From Candidatus Micrarchaeaceae archaeon (GTDB lineage Archaea; Micrarchaeota; Micrarchaeia; Micrarchaeales; CABMGC01): a stretch of DNA of 64,000 nucleotides. Below, piece by piece: positions 18,746 to 29,123 of the stretch. The position numbers and the translations under genes were made by a program. The stretch covers positions 1 through 64,000 of the forward strand of contig JAVZVY010000001.1 in the NCBI GenBank assembly GCA_038878295.1, given 5' to 3'. The notes beneath the pieces were generated by a model that did no database searches, was not told the origin of the DNA, and worked only from the letters and a program-made list of their open reading frames with translations. Each line of letters begins with the position of its first letter. Position 1 is the first letter of the stretch.

Positions 18746-19525
18746 ATGATGAAAGGCTTGGAGCTGGCTGCTTTTGCGGTTTTCGCGGTTATGATATTCG
18801 GCAGCGCCAGCGCATACATGAATGTTACGTATCTAAATACGACCATCACGCTGAACCGCAACAATAGCGCGCATGTTATTGAAGTCCTTTCATTGTATAT
18901 AAGCAATTCTTCTATAAGTCAGTACAATACTAGCAGGCAAGCGGTAAATTTGACTTTAGGCAACTGGCAAAAGGTTTTAAACACTAACCTCCTTGTAGAG
19001 CATATTCTCAGCCCTGTCTCAAGTGTTTATAACTTTAACTTTCTTCCAGGGCCAGTGCAGATTGTGCCAAACGGCGGCGTGGCGCAGATAGTGATGAGCT
19101 ACGAAGTTAGAAACATAACCTCGGAGAGAGTGGTTGCACCAAGGAGATTCCTCTACACGTTTAACAACACGTTTTTCAATTTTATGCACACGCCATATGG
19201 AGAGGCCCTGCCACCGAATGCTAGACTTAACATAATAATACCACCTAACTCTAAGCTTGTTTCAGTTTATCCGCTGCCAGACTACCCTTACATAAATTTT
19301 GTGAGCAATTCGACAAATTCAACGATGTTCTCTTGGTATAGGGGCGAACCTCTTGCCAAGTTCACGTTCTCGTATATAGCTACTGAATCGCTCGGCACTG
19401 AAGTTACTGATTATTTTGGAAGGATATATAACGCGTATTCTGCGCAGCTCTACATGGCTGCAATAATAATCGTCGTGGCTATAGCCGCCTACATGTACAT
19501 AAAGGTAGTGAGGGCTAGAGGTTAG
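18746..19525 (+). CDS. Secreted, C-terminally anchored glycoprotein
   Basis: Signal peptide, many N-x-S/T sequons, C-terminal TM helix with a basic tail. Confidence 0.75.
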   Translation: MMKGLELAAFAVFAVMIFGSASAYMNVTYLNTTITLNRNNSAHVIEVLSLYISNSSISQYNTSRQAVNLTLGNWQKVLNTNLLVEHILSPVSSVYNFNFLPGPVQIVPNGGVAQIVMSYEVRNITSERVVAPRRFLYTFNNTFFNFMHTPYGEALPPNARLNIIIPPNSKLVSVYPLPDYPYINFVSNSTNSTMFSWYRGEPLAKFTFSYIATESLGTEVTDYFGRIYNAYSAQLYMAAIIIVVAIAAYMYIKVVRARG

Positions 19526-19533
19526 TTTTAGGT

Positions 19534-21009
19534 GTGAAAGTGCACAAGTATGAAGTGGAAGTTTTAAAAGCACTTGAAAAATTAGGGAAGGCAAGCCTAT
19601 CTGACATAACCGGAGAAACAGGCATGAGCAAAGACTCTGCGCTCTGGGCGCTCAGCAATCTTGAGGAGAAAGGACTGATAGTTTTGAGCCGTGCGAAAAG
19701 AGTTTCTGCGAATGTAACTGAAGAGGGAAAGGATTATGCTGAAAACGGGTTGCCTGAAATCAATATCTTGAAGCAACTTTCAGAAGCTGAGCTGCCGGCT
19801 GGAGAATTCAAATCCAAAGAAAAGGCTATCGGCCTGCAGTGGGCTAAAAAGAAAGGGTTCATTTCCATAGATAATGGCGTAGCAAAGATAACTGCCGCGG
19901 GATTAGACGCGTTAAGGAACGGCCTACCATTAGAGAGGCTTCTGAAGAGCATAGCTATGGGCAACGTGCCCGAAACTGGCGAAGCGAATACGCAAGCCGA
20001 GCTCAGCGAACTTGTAAAAAGAGGATTGGTAAAGCTACATGAGAAAGAGGAAATAAAATATGCAGAAATAACCGATGCGGGTGCTGAAGCGTTAAAAACC
20101 TTGAAGGTTGAGCCGCAAGTGAATGAGATCGATGTTGTCGATAGGAGCGTAATAGCGCATGAATTGTGGAAAGGCACGAAGTTTAAGCGATATGACATTA
20201 ACGTGAACGTGCCTAAAGTGTATCCTGCCGTGGAGCATCCTGTGCGCAAAGTTATACAGCTCTTCCATAACGCCTACCTGAGCATGGGCTTTTCAGAAGT
20301 TAGTGGGCCAATAGTTCTGCCAGCATTCTGGGTTTTCGATTCGCTTTTTGTGCCGCAAGATCATCCAGCAAGGGACATGCAGGACACGTTCTATCTTTCA
20401 AACCCCAGAACCATAGCTATAGGCAGCAGAGCTGTAATCAAGCGGGTTAAAGATGTGCATGAGCGGGAATGGGGTGCAAAGTGGGATGAAAATGTCGCGA
20501 TGCAGGCCGTGCTAAGGACCCACACCACAAGCGTTTCCGCAAAATACATATACACGCTTGAAAAGAATTCTGAGATAATTTCTCCAATAAAACTGTTTTC
20601 GATAGGCAGAATATTCAGGAATGAAAACGTTGATTACAAACACTTGGCCGAATTTTACCAGATGGATGGAATAATAATAGGCAGAAGGCTCACTCTCTCT
20701 AATCTGTTTGATACCCTGATAAAAATATTCGCCGCTGCCAACATAAAAATCAAATTCAAGCCTTCGTATTTCCCGTTTGTAGAGCCTGGAGTCGAGGTTT
20801 TTGCACATTATGAGCCAAGGGATGAATGGCTCGAACTTGGCGGCGCAGGCATAATAAGGAACGAGGTTACCGGAATGCAAAGAAAGGAGATGACTGTGCT
20901 CGCTTGGGGACTTGGCTTGGAGAGGATAATGCTTATGCAGAACGCAAAGGTTGGAGGCTTGAATGAAATATACAACAGCAGCATAGGCTGGCTCAGAAAG
21001 GTGACGTAA
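19534..21009 (+). CDS. pheS: Phenylalanine-tRNA ligase alpha subunit
   Basis: FDSLFVPQDHPARDMQDTFY, LRTHTT, FRNE, YFPFVEP, AWGLGLER. Confidence 0.97.
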   Translation: MKVHKYEVEVLKALEKLGKASLSDITGETGMSKDSALWALSNLEEKGLIVLSRAKRVSANVTEEGKDYAENGLPEINILKQLSEAELPAGEFKSKEKAIGLQWAKKKGFISIDNGVAKITAAGLDALRNGLPLERLLKSIAMGNVPETGEANTQAELSELVKRGLVKLHEKEEIKYAEITDAGAEALKTLKVEPQVNEIDVVDRSVIAHELWKGTKFKRYDINVNVPKVYPAVEHPVRKVIQLFHNAYLSMGFSEVSGPIVLPAFWVFDSLFVPQDHPARDMQDTFYLSNPRTIAIGSRAVIKRVKDVHEREWGAKWDENVAMQAVLRTHTTSVSAKYIYTLEKNSEIISPIKLFSIGRIFRNENVDYKHLAEFYQMDGIIIGRRLTLSNLFDTLIKIFAAANIKIKFKPSYFPFVEPGVEVFAHYEPRDEWLELGGAGIIRNEVTGMQRKEMTVLAWGLGLERIMLMQNAKVGGLNEIYNSSIGWLRKVT

Positions 21010-22649
21010 TGCCTACAGTAATTTTGGACAAGGAAAGACTGATGCGCGCTGCCGGCCTTAGGATAGACGATAAAAAGCTGGAAAGATATGCCAATGCGCT
21101 AGGCTTGGAACTGGAGATTCTTGACAACGGCAAAATCAGCATTGAAGTAACTCCTAATAGACCAGACATGCTCAGCGCAATAGGATTGGCCAGAGCCCTT
21201 AAATATTTCATGCATCGCAAAGAAAAATTTTCATATATGATAAAAGCAAAACCTCAACTCACAGTAAAGGTTGGAAATGGCGTTAAAAGGATTAGGCCAT
21301 ATATCGCTGCACTTGTTGCTAGGGAGGTTAATCTTGACGAAGATTCACTTAGGGACATGATAAACTTTTCGGAAAAGTTCTGTGAAACTTTCGGGAGGCA
21401 TAGGGAAAAAATTGCGATGGGCATGCACGACTTGGATGCGGTAAAACCGCCAATAGTTTATGATGCATTTGGAGACGAAAGCTTTGTGCCGCTCAATGAA
21501 AGCAGAAGCATGAGGTTCAGCGAGATACTTAGAAACAATGAGAAAGGCAGGGAGTATGGTTACACCATATCAAAATCTGGAGAAAGACTATTTCCGGCGC
21601 TAAAGGATGCTGAAGGTGTATTGTCGCTGATACCAATAATAAATTCCAACAGGACGAAGGTCTCAAAAGATACCAAAAATCTTTTCATAGATATAACAGG
21701 CACAGCAAAGCAGATTATAGAGAAATCCGCAGGAATGATTGCCGCTGATCTTATAGATATCGGCGCTAAGGTGGAACCGGTTAAGATAGAATATGGCAGG
21801 ATGGAATCGATTACGCCAAAAATGGAAAAACGCAGCATAAAGATACCTTTGGCCCAGATAGAAGAGGAGCTTGGAGTGAAGATAACTTTCAACGACGCCA
21901 TATCCTTGGCAAATAAAATGGGGTACGCAGCCGAGTTCCTTGAAAATAACATAATATTTGAAATCCCGCAGTATAGGCTAGACATACTCAACTATCAGGA
22001 TGTCGTTGAAGATATAGCCATAGCCTACGGTTACGATTTCATACAGCCGTTGCCTGTATTCTCTGCGCAGCAAGGCACGTTGGAAGCCTCAACTGTGCGA
22101 AACTCGGAACTGTCAAAGACGATGCTGGGACTTGGTTTCAGCGAGGTTATGAACACCTATCTCACAAACGAAACCTTGAATTTCAAGAACATGCTGAAAA
22201 AAGCCAGCAATGGCAGCTATGTTACGATAGCAAACGCGAAGACGAGCAGCATAACGATGCTGAGAACCTGGCTCATTCCCTCCCTGATGTATAACTTAAG
22301 CATTTCTGAGCATGATCCGATGCCGCACAAAATATTCGAGCTTGACATGGCATTTAACGTGCGCAACAATGTCGTTGCTGAGGAGCACCATCTTGCATGC
22401 GCATCAGAACAGCCAAAACAGAACTTCAACGACATTAAGGGCGTAACAGAAGCGATACTCAGATCTCTAAATCTAAAATACGAATTGCTTCCAGCATCAG
22501 ATGATAGTTTTATAGAAGGAAGATGCGCAAAGATAGTTGTTGATGGCAGGGAGATTGGCTTGTTTGGAGAGATTCACCCAGCAGTTCTCTTCAACTTCGG
22601 CATAACAGAATCGACCATGGCGATGGAAATAAATTTAGACGCCGTATAG
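21009..22649 (+). CDS. pheT: Phenylalanine-tRNA ligase beta subunit
   Basis: NRPDMLS, YRLDIL..DVVEDIAIAYG, GEIHP; stop-start overlap with pheS. Confidence 0.96.
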   Translation: MPTVILDKERLMRAAGLRIDDKKLERYANALGLELEILDNGKISIEVTPNRPDMLSAIGLARALKYFMHRKEKFSYMIKAKPQLTVKVGNGVKRIRPYIAALVAREVNLDEDSLRDMINFSEKFCETFGRHREKIAMGMHDLDAVKPPIVYDAFGDESFVPLNESRSMRFSEILRNNEKGREYGYTISKSGERLFPALKDAEGVLSLIPIINSNRTKVSKDTKNLFIDITGTAKQIIEKSAGMIAADLIDIGAKVEPVKIEYGRMESITPKMEKRSIKIPLAQIEEELGVKITFNDAISLANKMGYAAEFLENNIIFEIPQYRLDILNYQDVVEDIAIAYGYDFIQPLPVFSAQQGTLEASTVRNSELSKTMLGLGFSEVMNTYLTNETLNFKNMLKKASNGSYVTIANAKTSSITMLRTWLIPSLMYNLSISEHDPMPHKIFELDMAFNVRNNVVAEEHHLACASEQPKQNFNDIKGVTEAILRSLNLKYELLPASDDSFIEGRCAKIVVDGREIGLFGEIHPAVLFNFGITESTMAMEINLDAV

Positions 22650-23849
22650 CTCTTCCACCACTTTTATTTCTTCCTTTTCCATTCCATATTCGCCTTCGAA
22701 AAAACCGTAGCAGTCAATGCCTTTCAGTCTGCAGCTTTTAAGCATCGCGCCGAACAGAGGCATGTAAATTTGTATTATGTCCGATTTGTTCGAATGCATA
22801 GAAGTTCCCAGTTTGGCCGCTATAGAGCCTAGCACCGATCTCGCTGTCTTGGTTTCGCTCAGCTGCTTTATCCTCCTAGGGAAGGAATAGCGCCGAAGCG
22901 TGCTCACGTGACCGTCATTCGCAAGGGCGACTCCCGAAGAGAGCAGAATCGAAGCATAGCGCATGTATCCGTAATAGCTTGTGCGCCCTGCTTTTTCAAG
23001 GAATCTGCTTGCTGCAGCGAGTGCCTCGTAGCTCGCGGCAAGCTCTTGCAATGAAATGTATCTGTTAGGTATGTTTTCTTCCACCCAGTTTACAAGCATG
23101 TCAAGACTGATATCGGAATCGGCAACAGCATTCTTTGCGATATAGAAATCCTTGCTCATAAATATTTTGTCGAGTATTTCGAAGATTTCAAGCTTGTAGC
23201 TGCGCTGGCCAATATTCTCAAGCAGTTCCGGCTGTGCATCGAACATCAATTCAAGATCGTTGAGGGCAGCGCGCATGTCGCCATTAGAGCGCTCGGCGAT
23301 GGTTTCTATTATGCTCTTTTCGATATTCTTGTTTTCCTTGCTAGCTATATATACGAGTCTTGCTGCTATTTTCTCCTTTGATATGCGCTTGAACTCGATC
23401 TTATCAACAAGATTCCTGAGAAATGACACTTTTTGACTCCAGAAATCGTTACCGACAAACACGATTGGATTACTGCTTTCGCTTATAAACTTCAATATGA
23501 CGCCCTGCGCTCCAGCATCGAACTTTCCAGAAAGCTCGTCTATTTCATCAAAAAGAACTAGAAGTTTTTTGTGCGTCAGCGTGTTTGCATTTACTCCGGG
23601 AAGCAAAAGCTTCTTCAGCGTGGCTGCGTCTCTGTAATCGCTTGCGTTAAGCTCTAAAAGCTCGAAACCGCTCGAGTAGGCTATTGCGTGGGCCGCAGCG
23701 GTCTTGCCGGTGCCAGGAGGACCGTAAATAAAGATCGGCTTTACCTTTTTGACCTGGGCGTCCGCACTAAAGTCTATCAGTTTCGATATCGCCTCTTCAT
23801 TTCCGATTATACCGTTCAGTGTATAAGGCGCATACTTATCGCAGAGCGC
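22635..23849 (-). CDS. rfcL: Replication factor C large subunit (5' end extends 243 nt beyond the ORF-track start)
   Basis: The frame is open from 23849: ALCDKYAP..IIGNE..IYGPPGTGKT..ELNASDYR..FDEIDE..GDMRAALNDL. There is no in-frame ATG/GTG/TTG before the Walker A motif. Confidence 0.9.
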   Translation of the reverse strand, partial: ALCDKYAPYTLNGIIGNEEAISKLIDFSADAQVKKVKPIFIYGPPGTGKTAAAHAIAYSSGFELLELNASDYRDAATLKKLLLPGVNANTLTHKKLLVLFDEIDELSGKFDAGAQGVILKFISESSNPIVFVGNDFWSQKVSFLRNLVDKIEFKRISKEKIAARLVYIASKENKNIEKSIIETIAERSNGDMRAALNDLELMFDAQPELLENIGQRSYKLEIFEILDKIFMSKDFYIAKNAVADSDISLDMLVNWVEENIPNRYISLQELAASYEALAAASRFLEKAGRTSYYGYMRYASILLSSGVALANDGHVSTLRRYSFPRRIKQLSETKTARSVLGSIAAKLGTSMHSNKSDIIQIYMPLFGAMLKSCRLKGIDCYGFFEGEYGMEKEEIKVVEELYGV

Positions 23850-23917
23850 TCAACCACCACTTCTAATACCGCAAATAGCTATATATATTATATTTATCTC
23901 TCATTTTTGGTAATTTT

Positions 23918-24110
23918 ATGAAGGTGTGAATCCCAACGGATGACAAGTATACAATTTCTGAACACGTCGACAGAGCAAAATATTTCTTGATAGTTGACAT
24001 GGAGAACTGGAAGCAGACCAAGAAGCTTATTGAAAATCCGCACTGTACAAATTCACAGATCCGCCATAGCCATAAATGCTTTCTGTTTTTGAATAGACTG
24101 CGATTGGTAT
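23918..24110 (+). pseudogene. NifB/NifX-family (FeMo-cofactor-binding-like) pseudogene
   Basis: MKV*IPTDDKYTISEHVDRAKYFLIVD...IENPH resembles the MKIAIPTDD..ISxHFGRAxxF family signature. TGA at codon 4; similarity fades downstream, so the end is approximate. Confidence 0.65.
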
Positions 24111-24163
24111 GCATAATGACGTTATTTGCAGCTTCTACTTACAAACGGTGCGTTGCTTCTCGG

Positions 24164-25429
24164 CTAATACCATCCTCGCGCTTTCATTGCTTTTGCTACC
24201 CTGTCCACTGCTATTATGTAGGCGGCAGTTCTTGGAGTGATTTTCTGGCCTTTCGCTTCGTATTCTTTCTTCGTAGCCATAACGTCAGCAAAAGACTTCG
24301 TTATTATTTTGTCAAGCCTGCTGTAAACCTCTTCAGCAGTCCAGTAGTAGCCGCCGATGTTTTGCACCCATTCGAAATACGAGCCTATTACTCCTCCGCT
24401 GTTAACAAGGAAGTCTGGCAGATCAAGTATGCCTCTTTCATGCAGTATTTTGTCGGCTTCCGGCGTTACAGGGCCGTTTGCAAGCTCAAGTACTAGTTTT
24501 GCTTTTATCTTATCTGCGTTGCTTCCAGTTATTTGGTTTTCTATTGCGGCAGGTATGAGTATGTCCACATCACTTTCGAGCAGTTCCTCGTTTGTTATCT
24601 TTGTGCCGCCCTCGTAGTTTTCCACGCTGCCTGTAGTTTCTTTTGCGCTTTCGAGTTTTGATAGGTCAAGACCATTTGGGTCGTATACGCCGCCCTTCGA
24701 ATCGCTTATTGCAACAACCTTAGCCCCAAAAAGCTCCTTTGACAGCGTGTACGCGTATTTGCCGGCATTTCCGAACCCCTGCACGGCTATCTTAGCGGTT
24801 TTGAGGTCTATGCCAAGCACTTTGGCTGCTTCTCTCATTACGAACATGCCACCCATTGCCGTGGAGTCGTTTCTGCCTTCTGAACCCCAGGTTTCCAAGG
24901 GCTTGCCTGTTATGACGCCGAATTCGTTGTGGCCCACAATCTTGCTGTACTCGTCCATCATCCAGGCCATTATCTGCGGGGTGGTATACACGTCAGGCGC
25001 TGGTATGTCGATTTTAGGTCCTATGAACCTGTTTATGGCTCTTACGTAGCCGCGCGATAGCGCTTCTAGCTCTGCGGCATTCATGCTTTTAGGATCGCAT
25101 ATTACGCCGCCCTTTGCGCCGCCATAAGGTATGTTCGCAAGACTCGTCTTCCATGTCATCCATGCGGCGAGTGCCTTCACGGTGTCAAGATTTTCTTCAG
25201 GATGGAACCTTATGCCACCTTTTACCGGACCTCTCGCGTCATTGTACTGCACTCTGAATCCGGTAAAGGTTTTTACTTCGCCGTCGCGCATTCTTACAGG
25301 TATATTCACTATAAGGGTTCTCATCGGTTCTCTCAGTATTGCATGAGCCTGTTTGTCTAGATTCATCACTTCGGCCGCTTCGTCGAGCTGCTGCTGGGCT
25401 ATTTTAAATGGATTCAATTCTTCTGACAT
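24164..25429 (-). CDS. gdhA: Glutamate dehydrogenase (Glu/Leu/Phe/Val family)
   Basis: [50 protein letters not shown]. Confidence 0.95.
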   Translation of the reverse strand: MSEELNPFKIAQQQLDEAAEVMNLDKQAHAILREPMRTLIVNIPVRMRDGEVKTFTGFRVQYNDARGPVKGGIRFHPEENLDTVKALAAWMTWKTSLANIPYGGAKGGVICDPKSMNAAELEALSRGYVRAINRFIGPKIDIPAPDVYTTPQIMAWMMDEYSKIVGHNEFGVITGKPLETWGSEGRNDSTAMGGMFVMREAAKVLGIDLKTAKIAVQGFGNAGKYAYTLSKELFGAKVVAISDSKGGVYDPNGLDLSKLESAKETTGSVENYEGGTKITNEELLESDVDILIPAAIENQITGSNADKIKAKLVLELANGPVTPEADKILHERGILDLPDFLVNSGGVIGSYFEWVQNIGGYYWTAEEVYSRLDKIITKSFADVMATKKEYEAKGQKITPRTAAYIIAVDRVAKAMKARGWY

Positions 25430-25516
25430 AGAAACCACAATCTTAAAGCCCAACAAAATTATTTATATTTATTATGCTAACATGTATATCTGCCTTCCAG
25501 TCGGGCGGATGGTCAC

Positions 25517-26980
25517 GTGTCTAAATTTTATATAACTACACCAATATACTATGTCAACGACAAGCCACATATAGGTCATGCGTACACCACGATAGTTGCA
25601 GACATACTCGCAAGATGGCACAGACTCAAGGGCGACGACGTCTTTTTCCTTACCGGCACTGACGAACACGGCGAAAAAATAGAGGCCAAAGCCAGGGAGG
25701 CTGGAAAGGAGCCTAGGGAATTTGTTGACGAGATAGTAAAGAAATATTATGAAGTGTGGAAAACGCTAGGTATAACGTATGACAAGTTCATAAGAACTAG
25801 CGATGAAAAGCATGAGAGGATTGTAAAGGAGTTCATTAAAAAGATTTATGATGCTGGCGACATTTACGAAGGCGAATATGAAGGATGGTATTGCATCTAT
25901 GACGAATCTTTTTTTACAGATTTACAGCTGAAGGATGGCAAGTGCCCTGAATGCGGAAGAGAAGTCAAGAAAGTGAGGGAAAAATCTTATTTTTTCAGGC
26001 TTAGCAAATATCAAGAGAGGCTGCTTGAATTATACAAAGCGAATCCAAAATTTTTATCTCCGGAATTCCGCTCTGCAGAAATAATAAATAGGGTCAAAGA
26101 AGGCCTGAATGACGTGAGTATAACAAGGAAGTCCATAAAATGGGGCGTAAAGTTTCCAATAGATGAAAGCTACACAGTTTATGTTTGGGTTGATGCGCTT
26201 ACGAATTATATTAGTGCTCTTGGCTGGCCAGATGGAGAATTTTCAAGGTTTTGGCCAGCAGATGTCCATCTTGTAGGTAAGGAGATAAACTGGTTCCACT
26301 CAGTGATATGGCCAGCGCTACTGATGTCTGCAGGCATAGAACCGCCTAGGATGGTATTTGCACATGGATGGTGGACAGTTAACGGCCAAAAAATGAGCAA
26401 ATCGCTAAAAAACACAATAGACCCGGTTGAAATTTCAAAAGAGTATGGCGTCGACCAGTTTAGGTACGCCCTTGTAAGAGAGATGCCTTTGGGCGACGAT
26501 GGAGACTTCTCTAAGGAGAGGCTTGTTGCTAGGATAAATGGGGAACTTGTAGCTGAGCTTGGCAATCTAGTATACAGAGTGCTAAGTCTTGGTGAGAAGT
26601 TTGAAGGCAAAATAGAAGGAAAGCCTGAACTTGAAAAATATTTGAATGTTGAGAGGATTGATGCGCTCATGGAGAATCTTGACCTATTTAACGCGCTTGA
26701 TGAAATTTTCAGGTTTATAAGGCAGACTAACCGTTATATAAATGATAAGGAACCGTGGAAGCTTAGGGGAGCCGAGCTTGGGAACTTCTTGTACAATACG
26801 CTTGAAGCGATAAGAGTGATATCTATACTTATAAGCCCTTTCATGCCTGAGACTTCCGAAAAAATAGATTCGCAGATAGGCGTAAGCGGCCAACGGCTGA
26901 GCGAATGCAGGTTCATGGATCACTTCTATGGAAAGATTAGCAAAGGCCCTTACCTGTTTAGCAAGGTTTCACAATCTTAG
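25517..26980 (+). CDS. metG: Methionine-tRNA ligase, short bacterial MetRS1-like form
   Basis: YITTPIYYVNDKPHIGHAY, GTDEHG, single knuckle CIYD...CPECG, YVWVDAL, KMSKS. Confidence 0.95.
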   Translation: MSKFYITTPIYYVNDKPHIGHAYTTIVADILARWHRLKGDDVFFLTGTDEHGEKIEAKAREAGKEPREFVDEIVKKYYEVWKTLGITYDKFIRTSDEKHERIVKEFIKKIYDAGDIYEGEYEGWYCIYDESFFTDLQLKDGKCPECGREVKKVREKSYFFRLSKYQERLLELYKANPKFLSPEFRSAEIINRVKEGLNDVSITRKSIKWGVKFPIDESYTVYVWVDALTNYISALGWPDGEFSRFWPADVHLVGKEINWFHSVIWPALLMSAGIEPPRMVFAHGWWTVNGQKMSKSLKNTIDPVEISKEYGVDQFRYALVREMPLGDDGDFSKERLVARINGELVAELGNLVYRVLSLGEKFEGKIEGKPELEKYLNVERIDALMENLDLFNALDEIFRFIRQTNRYINDKEPWKLRGAELGNFLYNTLEAIRVISILISPFMPETSEKIDSQIGVSGQRLSECRFMDHFYGKISKGPYLFSKVSQS

Positions 26981-27059
26981 CATTTATTGGTAGTGCGAGT
27001 TTATAATGCACGTTTTTTATTATTTGGCACGCAATTTATTACTGTTTTAAGGGGGAACT

Positions 27060-29123
27060 ATGGAGACCGTACCGGGAGAGGAGCTGAAAAACAAGTTCAT
27101 AAGTTTCTTCAATGCTTATTATTTAGACGCGATAAATGAGATGTATATAAGCTATCCAAAAAGGCGTAGCGTGCTTATAGACATAAAGGATTTGCAGAAA
27201 TTTGACATAGATCTAGCTAACGAGCTTGTAAACAATCCTGACGCTACAATAGCCGCAGCAAATTCTGCAATAGCTTCGATGAACCCTCAAAGCGAAGCCA
27301 AGGAGCCTGTTTATGCAAGGTTCTTCGGCACAGAAAGAGACGACATGCTTATACAGAATATAGGATCGCGCCACATCGGCAAACTTCTTACAATAGATTC
27401 TCTCGTTGTTAAAAGATCCGAGATAATACCCAAGGTGCGCATAGGCCTTTTCAAGTGCTCTTTCTGCGGAGCCACGGTAAAGGTTGCAATAGAAAACAAT
27501 GAAGTGCCTGAAACATGCCCTCAATGCAAACGCAAGTCACTCAAGCAGATAAACGAAGGAAGTGAGTTTACCGACATGCAGAGAATCGCAGTTCAAGATC
27601 CACTGGAAAAGCTTAAGGGAGGAATGCCCACATGGCAGCTCGAAATTTGGCTTAGCGATGATATGGTCAATACTCTTATACCTGGTGACAGAGCCGCAAT
27701 AACAGGGATACTGCGCATAAGGCCCAGATACAGCTTCAGAAAAAAAGAGGAAAAATCGCTTTTCACCATGTTTTTTGACGCAGTATCTATAGTGCCGAAG
27801 CAGAAGGAATTTGCTGAGATAGAAGTTAGCGCTGAGGAAGAAAAAGAGATACTCGAACTTGCGAAAGACCCTCACATAATTGAGAAGATAACAGCATCTA
27901 TATCTCCATCGATCTATGGCCATGAAGAGATAAAAAGGGCGCTCGCGTTTCAGCTATTTGGAGGGACTCCTGGAAAAACCCTGATTGACGGAGGCATAAT
28001 AAGAAGCGATATACACATATTGCTTATAGGCGATCCTGGTTCGGCAAAAACAAGGCTGCTGCAAGCCGTGTCCGGAATCGTGCCTAAGGGCATCTATGTG
28101 AGCGGCAAGGCTGCGACTTCTGCGGGGTTGACCGCAAGTGCCGAAAGGGATGAATTTTCCGAGGGAGGTTGGACTCTTCGAGCTGGCGCGCTGGTGCTTG
28201 GCTCTGGCGGCGAAGTCAGCATAGACGAATTCGACAAAATAAGCGATGAGGACAAATCATCCCTGCTTGAAGCCCTGGAATCGCAAACAATAAGTATCGC
28301 AAAGGCCGGAATCGTTGCAAAATTCAGTGCAAAGGCTTCCGTGCTAGCTGCCGCTAATCCCAAATTTGGAAGATTTGACACTAATATGTATCCTGCGGAG
28401 CAGTTCGATATACCACCGACGCTGCTTTCCAGATTTGACCTTATATTTCCGATAATGGACGTTCTTGACGAAGAGCACGACAAGAAGATTGCAGAGCACA
28501 TACTTATACAGCATGAAGCCGCAGGAGCCAAAATATTAGAAATAGAAGGATATGAGCAAATAGCCGAACCGCCAATACCTCAGGATTTGCTCAGAAAATA
28601 TATAGCATATGCAAAGCAGCATATAAAGCCGTTGCTTACGAGCGAGGCCAGCAAAAAAATAGAAGAGTTTTATATATCCCTAAGAAAGCTAGGAATAAAA
28701 CAGGGTGCCGTCCCAATAACGCCTAGGCAGATAGAGGGGCTTGTAAGGCTTGCAGAAGCCAGCGCAAAAGCAAGGCTATCTGAGAAAGTAGAGGAATCGG
28801 ATGCCGAGAACGCGATATCCCTTGTAGAGTATATGCTTAGGACTCTGGCTGTTGACAGAGGCGGCAGATTTGACATAGATACACTAATCACGGGAATGCC
28901 AAGAGAGAAAGTCAAAAAGATCAATGCAATAATCGAAATAATCAAAAAACTTGAAGAGGAAGAAGGTGGTGGTGCAAAAATAGGCAGCGTACTTGACGAA
29001 GCCGAAAAGAACGGCATAGACAGGGCCACAGCTACAAGGTACATAAACGAGCTTGAAAGGAGCGGCGACATTTACACGCCTAAGCCTGGCGTTATAAAGA
29101 TAGTTAGGCACGAAGAGGAGTAA
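27060..29123 (+). CDS. mcm: Replicative helicase MCM
   Basis: Zn finger CSFC..CPQC, GDPGSAKT, IDEFDK, AAANP, LLSRFDLIF, ITPRQ.E; no intein. Confidence 0.97.
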   Translation: METVPGEELKNKFISFFNAYYLDAINEMYISYPKRRSVLIDIKDLQKFDIDLANELVNNPDATIAAANSAIASMNPQSEAKEPVYARFFGTERDDMLIQNIGSRHIGKLLTIDSLVVKRSEIIPKVRIGLFKCSFCGATVKVAIENNEVPETCPQCKRKSLKQINEGSEFTDMQRIAVQDPLEKLKGGMPTWQLEIWLSDDMVNTLIPGDRAAITGILRIRPRYSFRKKEEKSLFTMFFDAVSIVPKQKEFAEIEVSAEEEKEILELAKDPHIIEKITASISPSIYGHEEIKRALAFQLFGGTPGKTLIDGGIIRSDIHILLIGDPGSAKTRLLQAVSGIVPKGIYVSGKAATSAGLTASAERDEFSEGGWTLRAGALVLGSGGEVSIDEFDKISDEDKSSLLEALESQTISIAKAGIVAKFSAKASVLAAANPKFGRFDTNMYPAEQFDIPPTLLSRFDLIFPIMDVLDEEHDKKIAEHILIQHEAAGAKILEIEGYEQIAEPPIPQDLLRKYIAYAKQHIKPLLTSEASKKIEEFYISLRKLGIKQGAVPITPRQIEGLVRLAEASAKARLSEKVEESDAENAISLVEYMLRTLAVDRGGRFDIDTLITGMPREKVKKINAIIEIIKKLEEEEGGGAKIGSVLDEAEKNGIDRATATRYINELERSGDIYTPKPGVIKIVRHEEE

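Noticed and set aside
23927..23929. TGA recoding (Sec/Trp/Gly) in the NifX-like frame
   Set aside because: TGA is the normal stop of many genes here (polB, DP1, DP2, alaS) and the rest of the frame is also degraded.
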